64,000 bases of DNA, taken from positions 12,642,716 through 12,706,715 of the forward strand of contig CP154954.1 of the NCBI GenBank assembly GCA_039621445.1. The letters are read 5' to 3'. Shown in pieces: positions 28,101-42,987 of this stretch. This DNA comes from Euglena gracilis (Eukaryota). Under the pieces are notes generated by a model. It was not told the origin of the DNA, ran no database searches, and worked only from the letters and a program-made list of their open reading frames with translations. Every line of letters starts with the position of its first letter. Positions within the stretch are counted from its first letter, which is position 1. The translations under genes were made by a program, and so were the position numbers.

Positions 28101-31100
28101 GGGTTCCCACCGGATCCCACCGGATTCTTCTGGATTTATGGCCCCAAAGACTGCTGCAAAGAGGGATGCAAGGAGGGAATGGGTTATTTTTTGACCCTTT
28201 CCAACAGGTCAAAAAAGGTTGCAGGATACATAGGGAACCGGCGGATTATCACCATGATCCCGGCTCCATTCCGTTCCCGGATTTTTTTTTCTTCAGTCGC
28301 GAGCGACTGGATTTCTAGTTTCCGAATCACCTCTGTTTGACCCCCAACTCCCCGCTGGGCCCGAGTTATCCACGCACGAACGGGTCCAAATTGGGTAGGA
28401 TTGACGGCAAGCATTTGGTGGCCGTTGGGGTGGATGGAACCGAGGACGCTAGGGTGAGCAATGAGTACATCAACATGTGGTATTCCGGCGACGGGGCAGA
28501 AGATCCCAAGCACCTGGCTGGGCCCATTAAATGGAGCCAAAACGTGACTCATGTGGTACAAAAAAAAGGGGCCATGACCGGGGGGATGACCCTGACCTCG
28601 GGGGCCATGCATGTGTTTATGCTGTGCACCCACTGCATGATGCAACAAGAATACCCAGTCAACCCGCTTTGTTGCATGTGTTCCCCCCCCTCAAGGCAAC
28701 CCACCGGAACCCCACCGGATCCCACCGGATCCCACCAGACCCCACCGGAGACCAAAAACCGAGGATGATTGTGCTTGCCTGGCTGTGTTCTGCCATGCAC
28801 GCTCTGGGGCGTGGGGTTGGACAACTCTGGCAGCAACCGGCCCGTCACCTCCGCCGGGTGGGGGACGGTTGCATGTGCGTTGTGCTCCACACGTTCATGA
28901 GCGCAGTGTAGTCTGGGCTGGACACTGGACTGCAGTGGGTGAAGTGGAATGCGCAGGTGCGCATTCTGATTTGTTGGATGATTTCGGCAGCAGGGGGGCA
29001 GTGCCCCTGTCACCGAAGGACACAAATGCGTGCCTTTACACCTGCGGTCGCCGAGCCCAGGGATTTCCACGCCGTTGCAGGTGTCGTGTTTCAGGGTGTG
29101 ACCTGGTACAGCGACAATCTTGCCAAGGGTGATTCTTTTGGTCCATCTCCCCTCACACACCCGTGTTCTGCAAGCCCGAAACCACATCATAGCGGTGCAC
29201 AGCTCGGATTCATAGGAAGGCAAACAACAGGCTATACCCAGTGCGTCCTTCAGCATCAATGCGCGTGTGCGCTTTCCCCCTTTCCGCAGCCTGTGTCCAT
29301 TCCAAAAAATGTGCACTCATTTGGGTTTCCAGAAAATGCGCAGGTGCGCATATTTCGCCTTTGATACTCAGTGACACATTTGTTGTTTTGACCTTTTTGA
29401 TTTTTCTTTCATTTTTGCCACCTTTGGCCACTTTTAACCTCCTTGTTCCATCTTCAGCTATTTGTTGCCAATTTTTGGCTTTTTTTTTTGCCTTATTTGA
29501 TGTTGTTTCCCATTTGAACCATTTTTGATGCTACTGTCGGTCATTTTTAGCCACTGGCTTTCAATTTTAACAGTATTTCAATTTTGAACCTTTTTTAGCC
29601 ATTTCATTTTGCCTGTTGTGGTGGTTGCAGATATGGTGGCACAGAACCACACGTGGTGCACTTGCGGCACCATGCGGTGCACGCGGTGCTGTGAAACATG
29701 TGATGCACGGGTTGTAGAAGCGTCCACACTCCCGAATATGAACTTTGTTGGCCGAGTTACAGGAAGTGAGTGTGAAGCTTTTCTCCCCTGTTCCTTTCTA
29801 CCCCGCCCCTTTTAGTGAAAGCATTCTCCCTCTCTTCATTCTCTGATTTTTTTGTCTTGTTTGCACTGCAAGTGAATCGTGAAGGGAATGAGCAAGTGAA
29901 TTGTGAAGAAAGGAAGAAGATCGATGAAGTTAAAATAATGGCATCGTTAATCAGGAAGATCCTCCACAGGGTGATGCACAGGATGATTTCCACAGACAAA
30001 CTGTCAGTCAGTCAGTGTAAAGAAGATGCCACGAGGATAATGCAAAGAGGAAGAAGTGATTGAAAAAAATGCAGCTATTAGGGTCTCTGTCTTCTTCCAT
30101 TGTGATCAGCTACATTCAGAAACCAAAAAACAAGGAGATATGGCCAACCATATTTGTGCTTGAAGCTTAAGTGGAGGGGAACCAATTCATGGGGGGGATC
30201 CAGCCAGCACCCTGTTTACAGCCAGCACCTGCACCCTCTGCCTGGCTGCACACCTCCCTTTTGGCTGGAGCTTTGTTTCTTCTTTGATTGAGATGGTACA
30301 CTTTGCATGTGATTTGTAAACCACCAAAATTTGTCGGTTGAAGGCATTTCTTGGTGGTTATAGAGTGGTAAGAACACGAAGATGGAATTGCGTGTGATTG
30401 CTCAGATGGAGCAAATTTCAAAGGATGGCTCAAAATGGGGAAATTGGTTTCGAATTCAAATGGCTAAAATTACTTGAAAGTTGATGGGTCACTGTGGCGA
30501 AATGGGTGGCTAAAACTGGACCTCTGGGGATAAATTATATATAACACAGTTGAAAGGAAGAAAGCTTTCAAAGACAATGCACCTTCATAATTGAATGAAA
30601 TGCATCTTCCTTCTTCCTTCAAGTCTTTTTTTTCCAGAAATTCTCTGCATGAAAATACTGCAGTTGATTTTGCCAATTATTAAAGCTTGAAAAACAGTGC
30701 TGGCTGGACCCCCCCCCCTAGAGTGGTCCAGTGGGGTGGGTCCTAATCAGCTGACCCGGCTGGACCCGGCTGGCACCCCAAAGGCAAAAAAAAAGAAGCC
30801 CAAATACACCTGTCTTGGGGTTTATTCAGCCAACTTATTCAGCCAAAAGATTGACCAAAAATGGAAAATGGCCATTAGCCATTTTGGACCCCTTTTTATC
30901 AATTTCTTTTTTCGGTCCAGGCCGGTTTCGTTTTTTTGACATTCACCCTCACCACTCCCAGTCGCTCTTGGGGGGGGGGGCGTCCGCCATCCGACTGGCA
31001 GGTGCTGGCTGGAAAAATGGTGCTGGCTCGCTGGACCTCGCGGGGGGGGGGGGTAGGAAAGGATCTGGCTTAAGATATTCCCTGGAATGAGGGCACATGT

Positions 31101-33351
31101 TTTCCAAATGTGGCTGAAGACATCAAAAATTCCAGCAAAAAGAGCAAAAAAGAATGGAACATTCTGTGACAAAAATTCCCAGAGCCCAGAAGGCCAAACA
31201 ATGTATGAGAATGTCACAAGTATCATCGTGTGGGTTTGAATTGTATTTGATATACCCTCCTCTACCTCTGGCCAATTATTTTGCCGGCTTGGGCTGGCTA
31301 GAGAACAAATTCGGAATGAACCACGGAGCTATTAGTAAGGGTGCACATTTGCACCGTGGTCTGGGGCAGCTGAAGCTTTTGCAATCCCATCACCGCCAGT
31401 TGACCATATGAGTCGGCAGGGCTGCTGCAGATAGCTCAGGTGCATTTACTACTATTCGAACTCCAAGCCTGCAAGCCAAGATATATTTGTTGGATTATAC
31501 ACCATTTTATAATTATTTTATAATCACAAGGGGCTGAAAGCACCTCGTGGAACCATGGGTCATGGAGTGCAGCTTAGGATTGTTTTTTACCCCCAAAACC
31601 CCTCAAAAACGGATGCAACCTGACGCTATAAGCTTCCCCAAATGTGCAACCCCCAAGAACCACCGCAGACAATACAAGACCCAGACAATACATGCCATAC
31701 ATAACAAATACATAAAATACAAATCAGAAATTCACATTTAACGACTCCATCAAAATCCATGCAGCCAACATAAATTTTCAGAAGAAATAGCATTGTTGTT
31801 AAATAAAACAAGCAAGTGTCACCAGTTTACACTTTGAAAAAATTAGTGCATACGAGCACACCACAAACCCCTCTGGTCCGGATCCTTGTACCCCTCCATA
31901 TCCGTGGAAGGATTTTATTGATTCTGAAAATTGAAAGAAAAATCGACCCCCCTGTTTATCAGCTTTTGTTGAGTGAGTATTCTTTAAACAGAGAACACCT
32001 TACAACAAAATATCTCGGGTTTATGTTCAATAACATGACTCCTCTCTTCCTCCCGGGCTCTGATGATTCTAGGTCCAATCCATCTGGAATCTAGCTTTCC
32101 TCTGATCTATGGATCTTTTATGCTATACAGCTCCTAGTGTCAAATGGACCAACTCCCCCGTCTGTGGTTGACCAGTTGGATTGAATCCAGTGTGTGATTG
32201 AGTACTTTTGCAAACTTTTGATCCACCGCCGTTGTCTGTCAGAAAACTTTTGAATGTCTTCCCATTTGGGTGGTTTATGATACCGTGTCGCATTGTTAGT
32301 TTTTTTCTGTCTTTTTTTGCCGCATTTCGTTTGGCAAAAATGCATTGCAACAAAGTGCCAACCGTTCCATGAGTAATCCGCCAGGCAAAAAAGCGGCCAC
32401 ATTATTATTCCAAAAAGGCAATGGCTCTTCAAGGACATCCCCACCGACATCTCCGTTCATGTCCGTTAGCACTGGCCTCCATTCCCTGGCTGACATGTCC
32501 CGCTGCAGGGTTCTCCTGTAGGGGAAAGAGTGGTTATAATGATTTCCCTCTCTGTCTTTCCCTTTCTCGTTGTCTGTGTGTCTGTATATTGACAAGCGTA
32601 AATAATTTGGTCCGAAGCCAGGGGACAGAGGCATATAATTTGGGAGGTTCATCATTTGATTAAAAATTTCCAAAGTAGAAAGAATGATTTGCGCATTTAA
32701 TTCCAGAATTTTCACCTTTTTGACATTTTATTTTTTGTTCGTATTTCCTCAATTTTTTTGTTCCAGTCATTTTTTGCCAAAATATGTTTGTTGTCTGTGT
32801 TGTTTCTTTTTTGGAAGAAAATTGATGATTTTCTGCTTGTTTTTTTTTGGTTTCCCTGTCAGCGGTGTGGGGGCATAAAATTCCTGGATCCACGAAGTCC
32901 CCAGCCATGGGTCCATTATTTGGCGATATAATTCGCTAGAACTCAGATAGGGTGAGTTCTTGCTAACAATATCGGAACAATAAGAACTCAGAACAATGAC
33001 ATGATTTGTTCCGTGTGTGTTAGAAGCAGGCGGTATGACCCTGGCCTCGCCTGGCACATCCCACTCCCTCCAGCCCCGCCAGCTCGGACAGCAGTGTTGG
33101 GACCCACGGTCCATTTGGCAGGAGCCCTCCACTCACCCCACCCGTGCCTCCACAGTGGTCGTGTGGCTCCATCAATTGCCACTGGACTTCACCTTACCGG
33201 CCGTGGACCAGAGTCTCCCAGAGGGAGGTGACCACCTTCATGCCCAAGGAGAGAGGGTTGCGCCACAAGCCCCCCAATCCTGGGCAACTGGAGCACACGG
33301 GCCGTTTCTCGCCATGGCCATGTAACTACGGACTTGCTCTCCATGTGGGTG

Positions 33352-33749
33352 CAGGGTTCGATATAAGGAGGGCGTACATGATTTAGGTGGGGGGTGTCCC
33401 CCCCCACCCCCCCCCCCTCCTGGCCCGCAGGGGGGGTCCGGACCACCCCCCCCACCTGCAAGGGGGGTCCGGACCGACCCTCGGGGGGTACCCGGGACCC
33501 CCCCAAAAAAGGGTCAATTTTTTCCTCCTGCGCTTCGCGCCGAAATTTTTTTGCATTTTTGGCCAATTTTTGCCCAAAAAAGTGCCCAAAATGGCACTTT
33601 TGGTCGTTTTGGGGGGTCAAAAATTTTCCGAAAATCGGTCACCCTGACCACGCCACTGTTTAGGGTGTCCCCCCCACCCCCCCCCCTCCTGGCCCGCAGG
33701 GGGGGGGGGCCGGACCACCCCCCCCCTCCTCTCTTTATATCGAACCCTG
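33352..33749. mobile_element. hAT-like MITE (398 bp), same family as 46090-46486
   Basis: TIR CAGGGTTCGATATAA. 8-bp TSD TGTGGGTG at 33344-33351 and 33750-33757. Confidence 0.95.
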
Positions 33750-34476
33750 TGTGGGTGCCCAAGGGGCCGTGACTAGCCCGCTTGGATCGAGCTGTGGGTG
33801 GCCCGGGGTCGCCATACCCTTGGGGTCCATTAACAGCCCACCCACAGAGCATGCCCGCCCAGAACCAAGGCAGTCTGCCACCACCAGCCGGGCTTTGGTC
33901 TCACAGAGGAGGATGGCCCGGCTGGTTCTGAAACCCAGGTCTTCTGACGTAACTGCTATGTTCAGAAAGAGAGAGAAGGGGGGGCAAACCGGGCAGGCCC
34001 CCCTCCGATCCCCGCACACCCCAACCGATGGGATGTGCTCCAAAGCCGCCGCAGCCGAAGGCAGCAGCAGCAACCCAGCCCGAGCGGGAGGGGGGAGGGT
34101 TCAACAACCACCGGAGGAGCCTCCCACCCCCCACGAAACGACGGCAGCTTGAAATGGAAGGGGTGTTCTCACCGGCCCAACAACAGCAGGGGCGAGCAGG
34201 GAAAGCGGAAAATGCAGCACCCCCCCCCACTGAGCAAAACAGGTTTTTGTCTGTGTCCACAATTGTCTCCAAAATCAGGTGGGGCTCCGTTTTGTGTAAC
34301 AAACAGCTGCCATCGAGGAAAATCTCAGCTGTGCCTCTGTCAAAGGTGGTGTGGGCACCTTCCATCTAGCACGAAGGTGAGCACGAAGGGCATTACAGAA
34401 GCTAGATGGCCCCATACTGTCCCCTTTATCCAACTTTGCTTCAATCCGGGTATCTGTGCAGCATATGACACAGCAT

Positions 34477-35365
34477 CAGGCACCTATGGCCGACCAGGGC
34501 CGACCAGGGCCGACCAGGGCCGACCAGGGCCGACTATGGTTTTCAGGACCCCTGTAGGTGGGGGTTCCGACCACGGCCGACCAGGGCCGACCAGGGCCGA
34601 CCAGGGCCGACCAGGGCCGACCAGGGCCGACCAGGGCCGACCAGGGCCGACTTGCATGTGGTTGGCCGACCGAAGGGGAATGGATGAAGGAATTCGGCAG
34701 CTTTGCCTCTGGAACAAGCACCTCTGATGATGCTGGGCGATGCAGGGCGATGCTGGGCGATGCTGGGTGATGCTGGATTTTTGGAGACCAGAGGTGGGGT
34801 TCCGACGCTGGGCGATGCTGGGCGATGCAGGGTGTTGCTGGGCGATGCTGGGCGATGCTGGCATTTTTTTTGTATATTTTGAAGAACTAAACCCATTTTT
34901 GGATAATTTTCTCACAAATCTCCAGTTTTTCACCATTTTGGCCATTATGGATCAGTTTTTGCTAATTTGGGGGCTATTTGTCACTGATTGGGCAAATATT
35001 GGGCTAATTTTGGTCAATCTGAGCATTTTTTATGGAATTTTGGCCATTTTGCGCCCTTTTGGTAATTTTGGGTCATTTTTAACAATCTTTTGTGGATTTT
35101 GTTGGCGTTTTTTGGTAATTTTTGGTTATTTCAAGCCATTTTAGGTCATTTTGGTTGCTTTTGGGGAGCAAATGGAGGCTTTATGGGGCATTTCCTTTTG
35201 ATCTTGGCGAGACAATTCAGAAAATCATTGCATCCCTTCACATTTTTTCTGTGACGGATACCCCCACCTATGGCCGACTATTTGCCGACCAGGGCCGACC
35301 AGGGCCGACCAGGGCCGACCAGGGCCGACCAGAGCACCAAAATGGGAAGTGACCATAGGTGCCTG
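34477..35365. mobile_element. hAT-like non-autonomous element (889 bp) with internal 10-bp minisatellites
   Basis: TIR CAGGCACCTATGG. 8-bp TSD CACAGCAT at 34469-34476 and 35366-35373. Internal (GGCCGACCAG)n and (GCTGGGCGAT)n. Confidence 0.95.
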
Positions 35366-36125
35366 CACAGCATGATCGAAGCCTTGACGATCCTAGGGAA
35401 CAGGGCCACAATAACGACCAAAAGTAAATGCAGCACCCAACTCAGGCCCAGGGGGGTGCCAGGTTTCCCTCAAAGAATTGGGGAGCCGATTTCCAAATTC
35501 TGCAAATCAAACTTTCTGGTGCGATACATATGCATACACCTTGAAAATACATATATGCAACCGAAATTGCCGCATTGCTGTATCCATCTCCCTCTAATGA
35601 GATCATAAGCTTTTGTTTTAAGGGGAATGCTGGGGAATCAACGGATACAAGCTGATTTTTTCAGCTTTTGGTGCGCTTATAAAACCCCAAAGCTGTCAAA
35701 AAAATTCCAATAGCTTGAAGCTTCTCTTAAAGAGCATTGGAATGGGGGGAACTGCCCCTTAAGTTTAGACATCCAACTCCGAAAATCACTAGGCTGACTG
35801 CCATATTCTGCATGATTTTTTCGTCAGAGTGCAAAGGATGAAGCATGGCTGCCAAGCATCGCAGGAAAAACCAGAGAGTGCACGGAGCACTTGCAAAATG
35901 AGTCATCCAGTGATTTCCTGGCCAGGGGCACTGCTGGAGGAAAATTGGCCGGTAATATGTGAGGCTCCCATCCTGGAAAAACTGCATGTTGCACACCATT
36001 GTGGTGTGGGTGGTCAACGTTGCCAAGCCCAGCACATCTTTTATTTCGCCTGGGGTCCTGCAAAGGTAAGGGCATTGCCTTGGTGTGAAATTTCAGTGCC
36101 TAACAATTTGGCCAAAAGCAAAGTA

Positions 36126-36892
36126 CCTCCCCCCCCCCAAGCCCAATGAACACCCTTGCCCAATGAACAGGGGGTGTTCGGACCGTCTAGATTGTCACCA
36201 TATACTTTTTTTTGTGTCGGCAAGGAAATATTCTTTTGTTGCTGTTGTGAGGATGCCAGTGATTCTGATTCAGGTCACGGTACTGATTCCAGTCAGGCTT
36301 CCGTATTTGTGGGGGGTCGACCCCCCCCACCCCCTGCATGGTGGGGGGGGGTCGACCCCCCCACCACCTCTTCCCGCATTTTCGGGAGCACCAATTTTTT
36401 GGACCCGAAAAAAAATTCCGGCGCCTTCGGCACCGGGTGGTTTTTTTTGACCCACTTTGGGACCCATACAGGGGGTCACCCTAAAAACCACCCAAACCCC
36501 AATTTTTCACACCTTCACACAAATATTCAACGTTTTCTCAAAATTTTGATTTTGAGAGTTTTTTGAAGCAAAAAAAATGCCATTGAAAGTCTAAAAAATT
36601 TCAAAGAGAAAAAAATGTCAGTAAAATTTGATTCTGCCAAAGAAAGAATTTTTTTTTCTGGCCAACATCCCCGTTTTCCCAAAATCGGTGAAAATGCTGT
36701 GGTGGGTGGGGGGGGGTCGACCCCCCCCCCACCAGGCCTTCCCGTTCTGCCCTGGCGTGCACTGTTTATGCACGTTTCAAGGCTACACTGAGAAGGTGAC
36801 CGAATTAGTGAACACCCATGTCCAATGAACGCCCCCCGTTCGGACCGTCTAGATTGTCACTTTAGTGTTCATTGGGCTTGGGGGGGGGGAGG
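36126..36892. mobile_element. TA-flanked TIR element (Tc1/mariner-like MITE)
   Basis: TIR CCTCCCCCCCCCCAAGCCCAATGAACAC at both ends, flanked by TA. Internal direct repeat 'gttcggaccgtctagattgtcac'. Confidence 0.85.
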
Positions 36893-38819
36893 TACAAAAC
36901 AATCCCTGGAGCTGATTTTATAATTACAATTAACTTACAATTAGAATGGGAATTTATTGAATTTACAATTGCAATACCAATTTGAATCAAACTAAAATAT
37001 CCGCAATTGAAAGCGAGACAGGACGCCTACAAAGCTGCCATAAGGGGCAAAAAAAGCACATCAATGCCACAAAGATTGCATACCCTGGCATGTCACCGGC
37101 CAAAATCCCAGCTAAGCTGTCACAAATAATCCGATTAGCAATTTTCTCCTGCCATCAACAAACATTCACAATTAAGCCGGTGCTTGTCTGAGTATTTTCT
37201 GAAAGAACATCTTTAGAGGTGCTATGGGGCAGTCTAGGTGGGCTTCTGGAAACAGAGACGGCAAATTTCCTCCGTTTTCCAAAATAACAGGAGGCTCATT
37301 TGAGACAACAACAGCAAATCGCAGGGAACGGTGCTGAATACATGACAACATGACCGGAGAGTGCCGAGGGGTAAAGACGACCTGCTGATGAATTCGGAAA
37401 AATTGGCCTCACAGTTGTGTGAAATGAATGCTGAAATTACAAAAAAAAAACAGAACAACTACACATAATAATGTCAGAGAAAAATGCAAAAAAAATTGTA
37501 CATGATTTTATGTAATGGAGATTGTGCGGCTGCCTGCACACATAAGTGAATTCAATGCCAGGAAAATTGCATGAAAGAGAATTTTTGCTGGCTTTTGTTC
37601 CAGAAAGGTGGGCCTCGTTCTACAGAAAAACACACCAAACCTGCAAAATAAGTTTCCAGCCAGGAGAGGGCTGACAGTCCCGAACACTGCACCAGTTCCC
37701 ATCACTGATTCCATAGATCGACCAACCTCGGGGCAGGTCTCCCGTTAAACGGTGCTAATGTGGTGGCAAAACACAATTTCACTTGTGTCTCTTCGAGGGG
37801 TGGGGAACATTGTTCAGGTATTGTGAATAAAGTCCAAAGTTGTGATTTTGAGCTTACTTATATGGACGAGTGCTCTTTGAAAAAGCATTTTCGGGTTGTG
37901 GGAAAAGATCCACAGCAAGTCTTTGCTGGAGAGCAGCAAGGGACCCAGCCCTGGCTAGGCAGGCTGTGATAAAATCCAGACTGGTAAGACTGCTAAGCAT
38001 ACAACAAGCCCACCTTGGTTCAACAGTGACCAACCCACAATCTGTTGGCCGAGTCGTGGTGAGAAAGGGCGGGGCAACGAAGCCTGCGGCTGGGTTAGCT
38101 CCCAGAGTCGAGGTGGGAGAGGGGAGGGAGGGCAGGGCGTGGCCCGCAGCTGGGTGAAACTATTCATTGGACCCACTCTCATGGGAATATCATTCAAACT
38201 TCGGGGTCTTTTCAAAGTGTATAAGATCAGCTGAAGACCATTTTTACCATTTTTGGAACATTTTGGTGACTTTTTTGCCGATCTTCAAATGAAAGATGGG
38301 TTCATCGATGTCATTTTTTCCTGAAAGTTTGAATTTTTAAATGTGTTTTTCCCATTTCTTCGAAATTTGAAAATTCTCTTGTAGTTTTCATCCATGCTTA
38401 TTCTTATTTTCTGCATTGCAAGGGGCTCCGGAAATAAACAAATAAATAAAAATGCCATCCATCGAATCAAAACAAGCACCAGCCCATTTCCAGCAGAACA
38501 TGACCCTGCTCGCTCACGCATTTGTTGCTGTCAAGTTGTTCTTCTATAGCCAATGATTATTTAAAAGTCTATCATTCGATAGGAGGAAGAGCAGGTTTTA
38601 GTGACAACTCGCATTTGAGATGGCTGCCTGTGCTCGAGGGAGCTACTGTCGTGGGGAGTATTGTTGTGTGCTTCAGAAAAGAAAAATATTTTGTTTTATC
38701 GTATCTGCTTGGCTTTTTTTGTGTTTTTGTATTCTGGCTGTGCATTTTTTTGAATTTTGTTCTTAAGAATATGACAACTTTTCGTTCATTCCTTGGTTGT
38801 TTTTAATTATTATTCAGCT

Positions 38820-39170
38820 CAGGGCGTTTGACCCAACATTTGACCCAACAACCCGGGAGGATCCAACCAGCCCACCCTTTTCCCAGCAGCTTTTCTCCAG
38901 CCCCGGACCCCCCTCCCCACCATCAATGATATTTATTTAACGTCCAGCCACCTGAAGGGCGGCTGGACGTTAACGGATTTTTCGCTTTTCGGTACAAAAA
39001 TGGGCGAAAATGGGTCGGGAAAAAGTCCAGGCTCAGCTCCAGGCCGGGACCCTTGTAGGGGGTCAGCCTGCTTTTGGCTTGTAGGGGGTCGGCTTTTTCC
39101 AGCCCGCCCAAATTTTCCAGCCTCTTGGCTTGACCCCCCTCGGGGGGGGGGGTCATTTATCAACACCCTG
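38820..39170. mobile_element. Older hAT-like MITE (351 bp)
   Basis: Ends CAGGGCGTTTGA / TCAACACCCTG; degenerate TSD ATTCAGCT / ATTCGGTT (6 of 8). Confidence 0.65.
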
Positions 39171-41759
39171 ATTCGGTTGTCATTGGCCTTGCTTTTTTTT
39201 GGTTACGCCTCCACCTGGGTTGCTGGCCTACAACAAAGCCCCCTTTTAGTCATTTTTGTCTGGGTGGCTCATTCTCCCCCTAAAGACAATGGAGTCTACA
39301 TCGGTCCTGAAGTTTCCTCTTTGGCCAACACAAACACAATGAGGGAGCATTTAACCTCATCCCAGACTTGGACGGCATTTGCAACGTTCCATCTGCCCCC
39401 ACCCCCACCTTTTCACAGGCAAGCCATCCTCCCAACAAAATGCTCTCCTCTCTGTTGCTGCCCTGCAGTGCCGATGTGCGGGTTGAGTGGAAGGGCTCCA
39501 GAGCGGCTCGGACGGCGTGCAGGCGATTGTCGTGTTTAGCCGAAGGTTGGGGTGGTATCAACCTTCCCTGGGTGGGTATGCTTTTTATGGTCGCGTTGGA
39601 TTGCATACAATTTAGAAATATACGACAAAATAGTGCGCAGGTCGACTATAGTCGACTGTGTTTTTTGTATGTTTCTGCCGCACGCCAGAAACATCGTAAA
39701 AAACATCGTAACAAACATCGTAGTGCTTGCCAGAAATAGATACAGATACTCGAACAATCAGCATTTTTTTCCAGTTCCTTGTATTTTTCCCCCCTGGAAA
39801 TTTCATTCTTGAAGTTCAGTTGTTGTGGTAGTTGGGGCTTTAGCTGTTTGGAGGCACTATTGGCCGAGTCGGCCCCACCAGGGGAGACCAGGGTCAACCA
39901 TTGCCGACGTTTCTGATCCCCATAGGAGGGGTTACGACCAGAACCGGCCGGGGGGGATGCTGCCATACCACGTGCACTACGTGCGGCACTGCGTGCACCG
40001 CGTGGCGCACTGTGTGCACCGTGTGGGAAGGTTCACTGATTTTCTACACCCTTTTTTACAGCCAGCGTCTGTATCCCCCGCCTGAGCTTCAAACCTCCCT
40101 TTTGGCTGGAGCTTTGTTTCTTCTTTGATTGAGATGGTACAATTTGCATGCGATTTGTAAACCACCAAAATTTACGGGTTGAAACCATTTCTTGGTCTTT
40201 ATAGAGTGGTAAGAACACGAAGATGGAATAGCGTGTGATTGCTCAGATGGAGCAAATTTCAAAGGATGGCTCAAAATGGGGAAATTGGTTTCGAATTCAA
40301 TGGCTAAAATTACTTGAAAGTTGATGGGTCACTGTGGCGAAATGGGTGGCTAAAAACTGGACCTCTGGCGATAAATTATATATAAAACAGTTGAAAGGAA
40401 GAAAGCTTTCAAAGACAATGCACCTTCATAATTGAATGAAATGCATCTTCCTTCTTCCTTCAAGTCTTTTTCAAGGAATTCTCTGCATGAAAATACTGCA
40501 GTTGATTTTGCCAATTATTAAAGCTTGAAAAACAGTGCTGGCTGGACCCCCCCCCCCAGAGTGGTCCAGTGGGGTGGGTCCTAATCAGCTGACCCGGCTG
40601 GCACCCAAAAGCAGGCAAAAAAAAAGCCCAAATCCACCTGTGTTGGGGTTTATTCAGCCAACTTGTTGAGGTGAAAACCAAAAAAAAAAACCATTTTTGG
40701 CCATTTTAGACCTTTTTTTTATCAATTTCTTTTTTGGTCCAGGCCGGTTTCGCTGGCCCGCGAAGATATTATTGACACTCACCCTCATCACTCCCACCCA
40801 CTCTTGGGGGGGAGTGCCCGCTATATGAATGGCAGGCGTTGGCTGCTGGCAGATGTTGGCTGAAAAAACGGTGCTGGCTTGCTGGACCGGGGGGGGGGGT
40901 AGGGGGGTCTGGCTTAACAAATTCCCTGGAATTGGGGGCGCAGGTGTATGTGACTGAAGACATCAAAAGGTTAAGTAATTGAATTTATCGAACCTTTAAA
41001 ATACTGTGTGAGAAGAAGAGCAAAAAGTATGGCACATTCTGTGGCAATTATTCCCAGCGCTGACAGCCAGAAAATGTATGACATTGTATCATTGTGTCGT
41101 TTTGAATCATGATTTTTTTGTTGTATTGACATTCCCTTCTCAACCTCCGGCCAGTTACGTGCCGGCTAGGCCGACCATGATTAGAACACCAAATTCGGAA
41201 TGAACCATGGAGCTATTAGGAGCCGTGTAGGGGACCACTTTTGCACAGTGGCCTGAGGCTGCTGAAGCTCTTGCAGTCCCATCACCGCCACTTGACCGTG
41301 CGAGTCGTCAGGGCTGTTGCAGATAGCTAAGGTGCATTTATTAACATTAGAACTCCAAGCATCCAAGCCACTTGTTCAGGTGGTATATATAGATGGTGTC
41401 GTGTTGTTGTTGTTTTTTCTGTCTTTTTTTTGCCGCATTTCGCCAGTAAAAAATGCATTCCAACAAAGTCCAAACCTTCATGAGTCATCCCTCAGTCAAA
41501 AAAGCGGCCACCTTATTATTCCAAGGCGGCAATGGCTCTTCAAAGACGAAAGGACATCCCCAACGACAACCCCGTTCATGTCTGTTAGCCCCGGCCTCCA
41601 TTCCCTGGCTGATATGTCCCGCTGCAGGGTTCTCTTTTGGGAGAAAGAGTGGTTATGAGGACTCCCTCTCTGTCTCTCCCTTTCACGGTGTGTGTGTGTG
41701 TGTGTATGCTGGAGTGTGTGTGTCTGTATATTGACAAGCATAAATAATTTCGTATGAAG

Positions 41760-41781
41760 CTATATGAACACATGAGCTGCA

Positions 41782-41817
<36 letters not shown>

Positions 41818-42936
41818 TGTATATATATACATATCACATATACATATATATACATACACATATACATATATATACATATATGTACATATATATACATATA
41901 TATACATACATATACGTATATGTACATATATACATATATATACATATATATACATATATATGTATATATGTATATATAATATAATATATATATTATAATA
42001 TTTATATATATACATATACATACATATATATATATATATATAAATCTTGTCAATACACAGACACACACACTCCCGCACACATGTATATATGTATATATAT
42101 GTATATATGTATATATGTATGTATATATATATATACATATATATATACATATATATACATATATATACATATATATACTATATATACATATACATATATA
42201 TACAACATATACCGATATATACATATATAGCGCAACGTAGCCGATACTATACATCTATATATAACACATAACCCTATACCTATATATATACATGTGTGCT
42301 GGAGTGTGTGTGTCTGTATATTGACAAGCGTAAATAATTTCGTATGAAGCTATATGAACGCATGAGCTGCATATACATATATATATATATGTGTGTGTGT
42401 GTGTATATATATGTATATATATACATATACACATATACATACATATACATACATATGCATACATATATAAACATACATACATACATACATATGTATACAT
42501 ATATATACATACATATACACACATATATATACATATATACATATATATACATATATATATACATATACATATATATACATATACATATATATACATATAC
42601 ATATATATACATATAAGTTTAGTACCCCCCCTGAGGGGTACTAAATTTGATACCAGCTTCGCCACCCCCGTTACTGAAGGTATAGGGTTAGGTGCGCACA
42701 TGCTATGTTGCGCTAATTGGCTATGTTGCGCTACAGGGCTATGTTGCGCAACATAGCCCTGTAGCAAAACATAGCCAATTAGCGCACCTAACCCTATACC
42801 TTCAATAGCGGGGTGGCCAACCTGGTGTCAAGTTTAGTACCGGGGGGTACTAAATTTAACACTTGCCATATATAATACATAATATATATACATGTATAAT
42901 ATATATATTATTATATATGTGTATATATAATGTGTG

Positions 42937-42987
<51 letters not shown>

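Noticed and set aside
26360-29320. Cys/His-rich ORF fragments on the minus strand
   Set aside because: Possibly relics of another element, but no consistent frame, splice pattern or domain motif could be reconstructed.
34487-35335. CRISPR-like array of short repeats
   Set aside because: Contiguous 10-bp minisatellites without unique spacers, lying inside a TSD-flanked MITE; no cas genes.
36294-36754. Possible further CAG...CTG MITE nested in the TA element
   Set aside because: The ends do not form a convincing TIR and no TSD was found.
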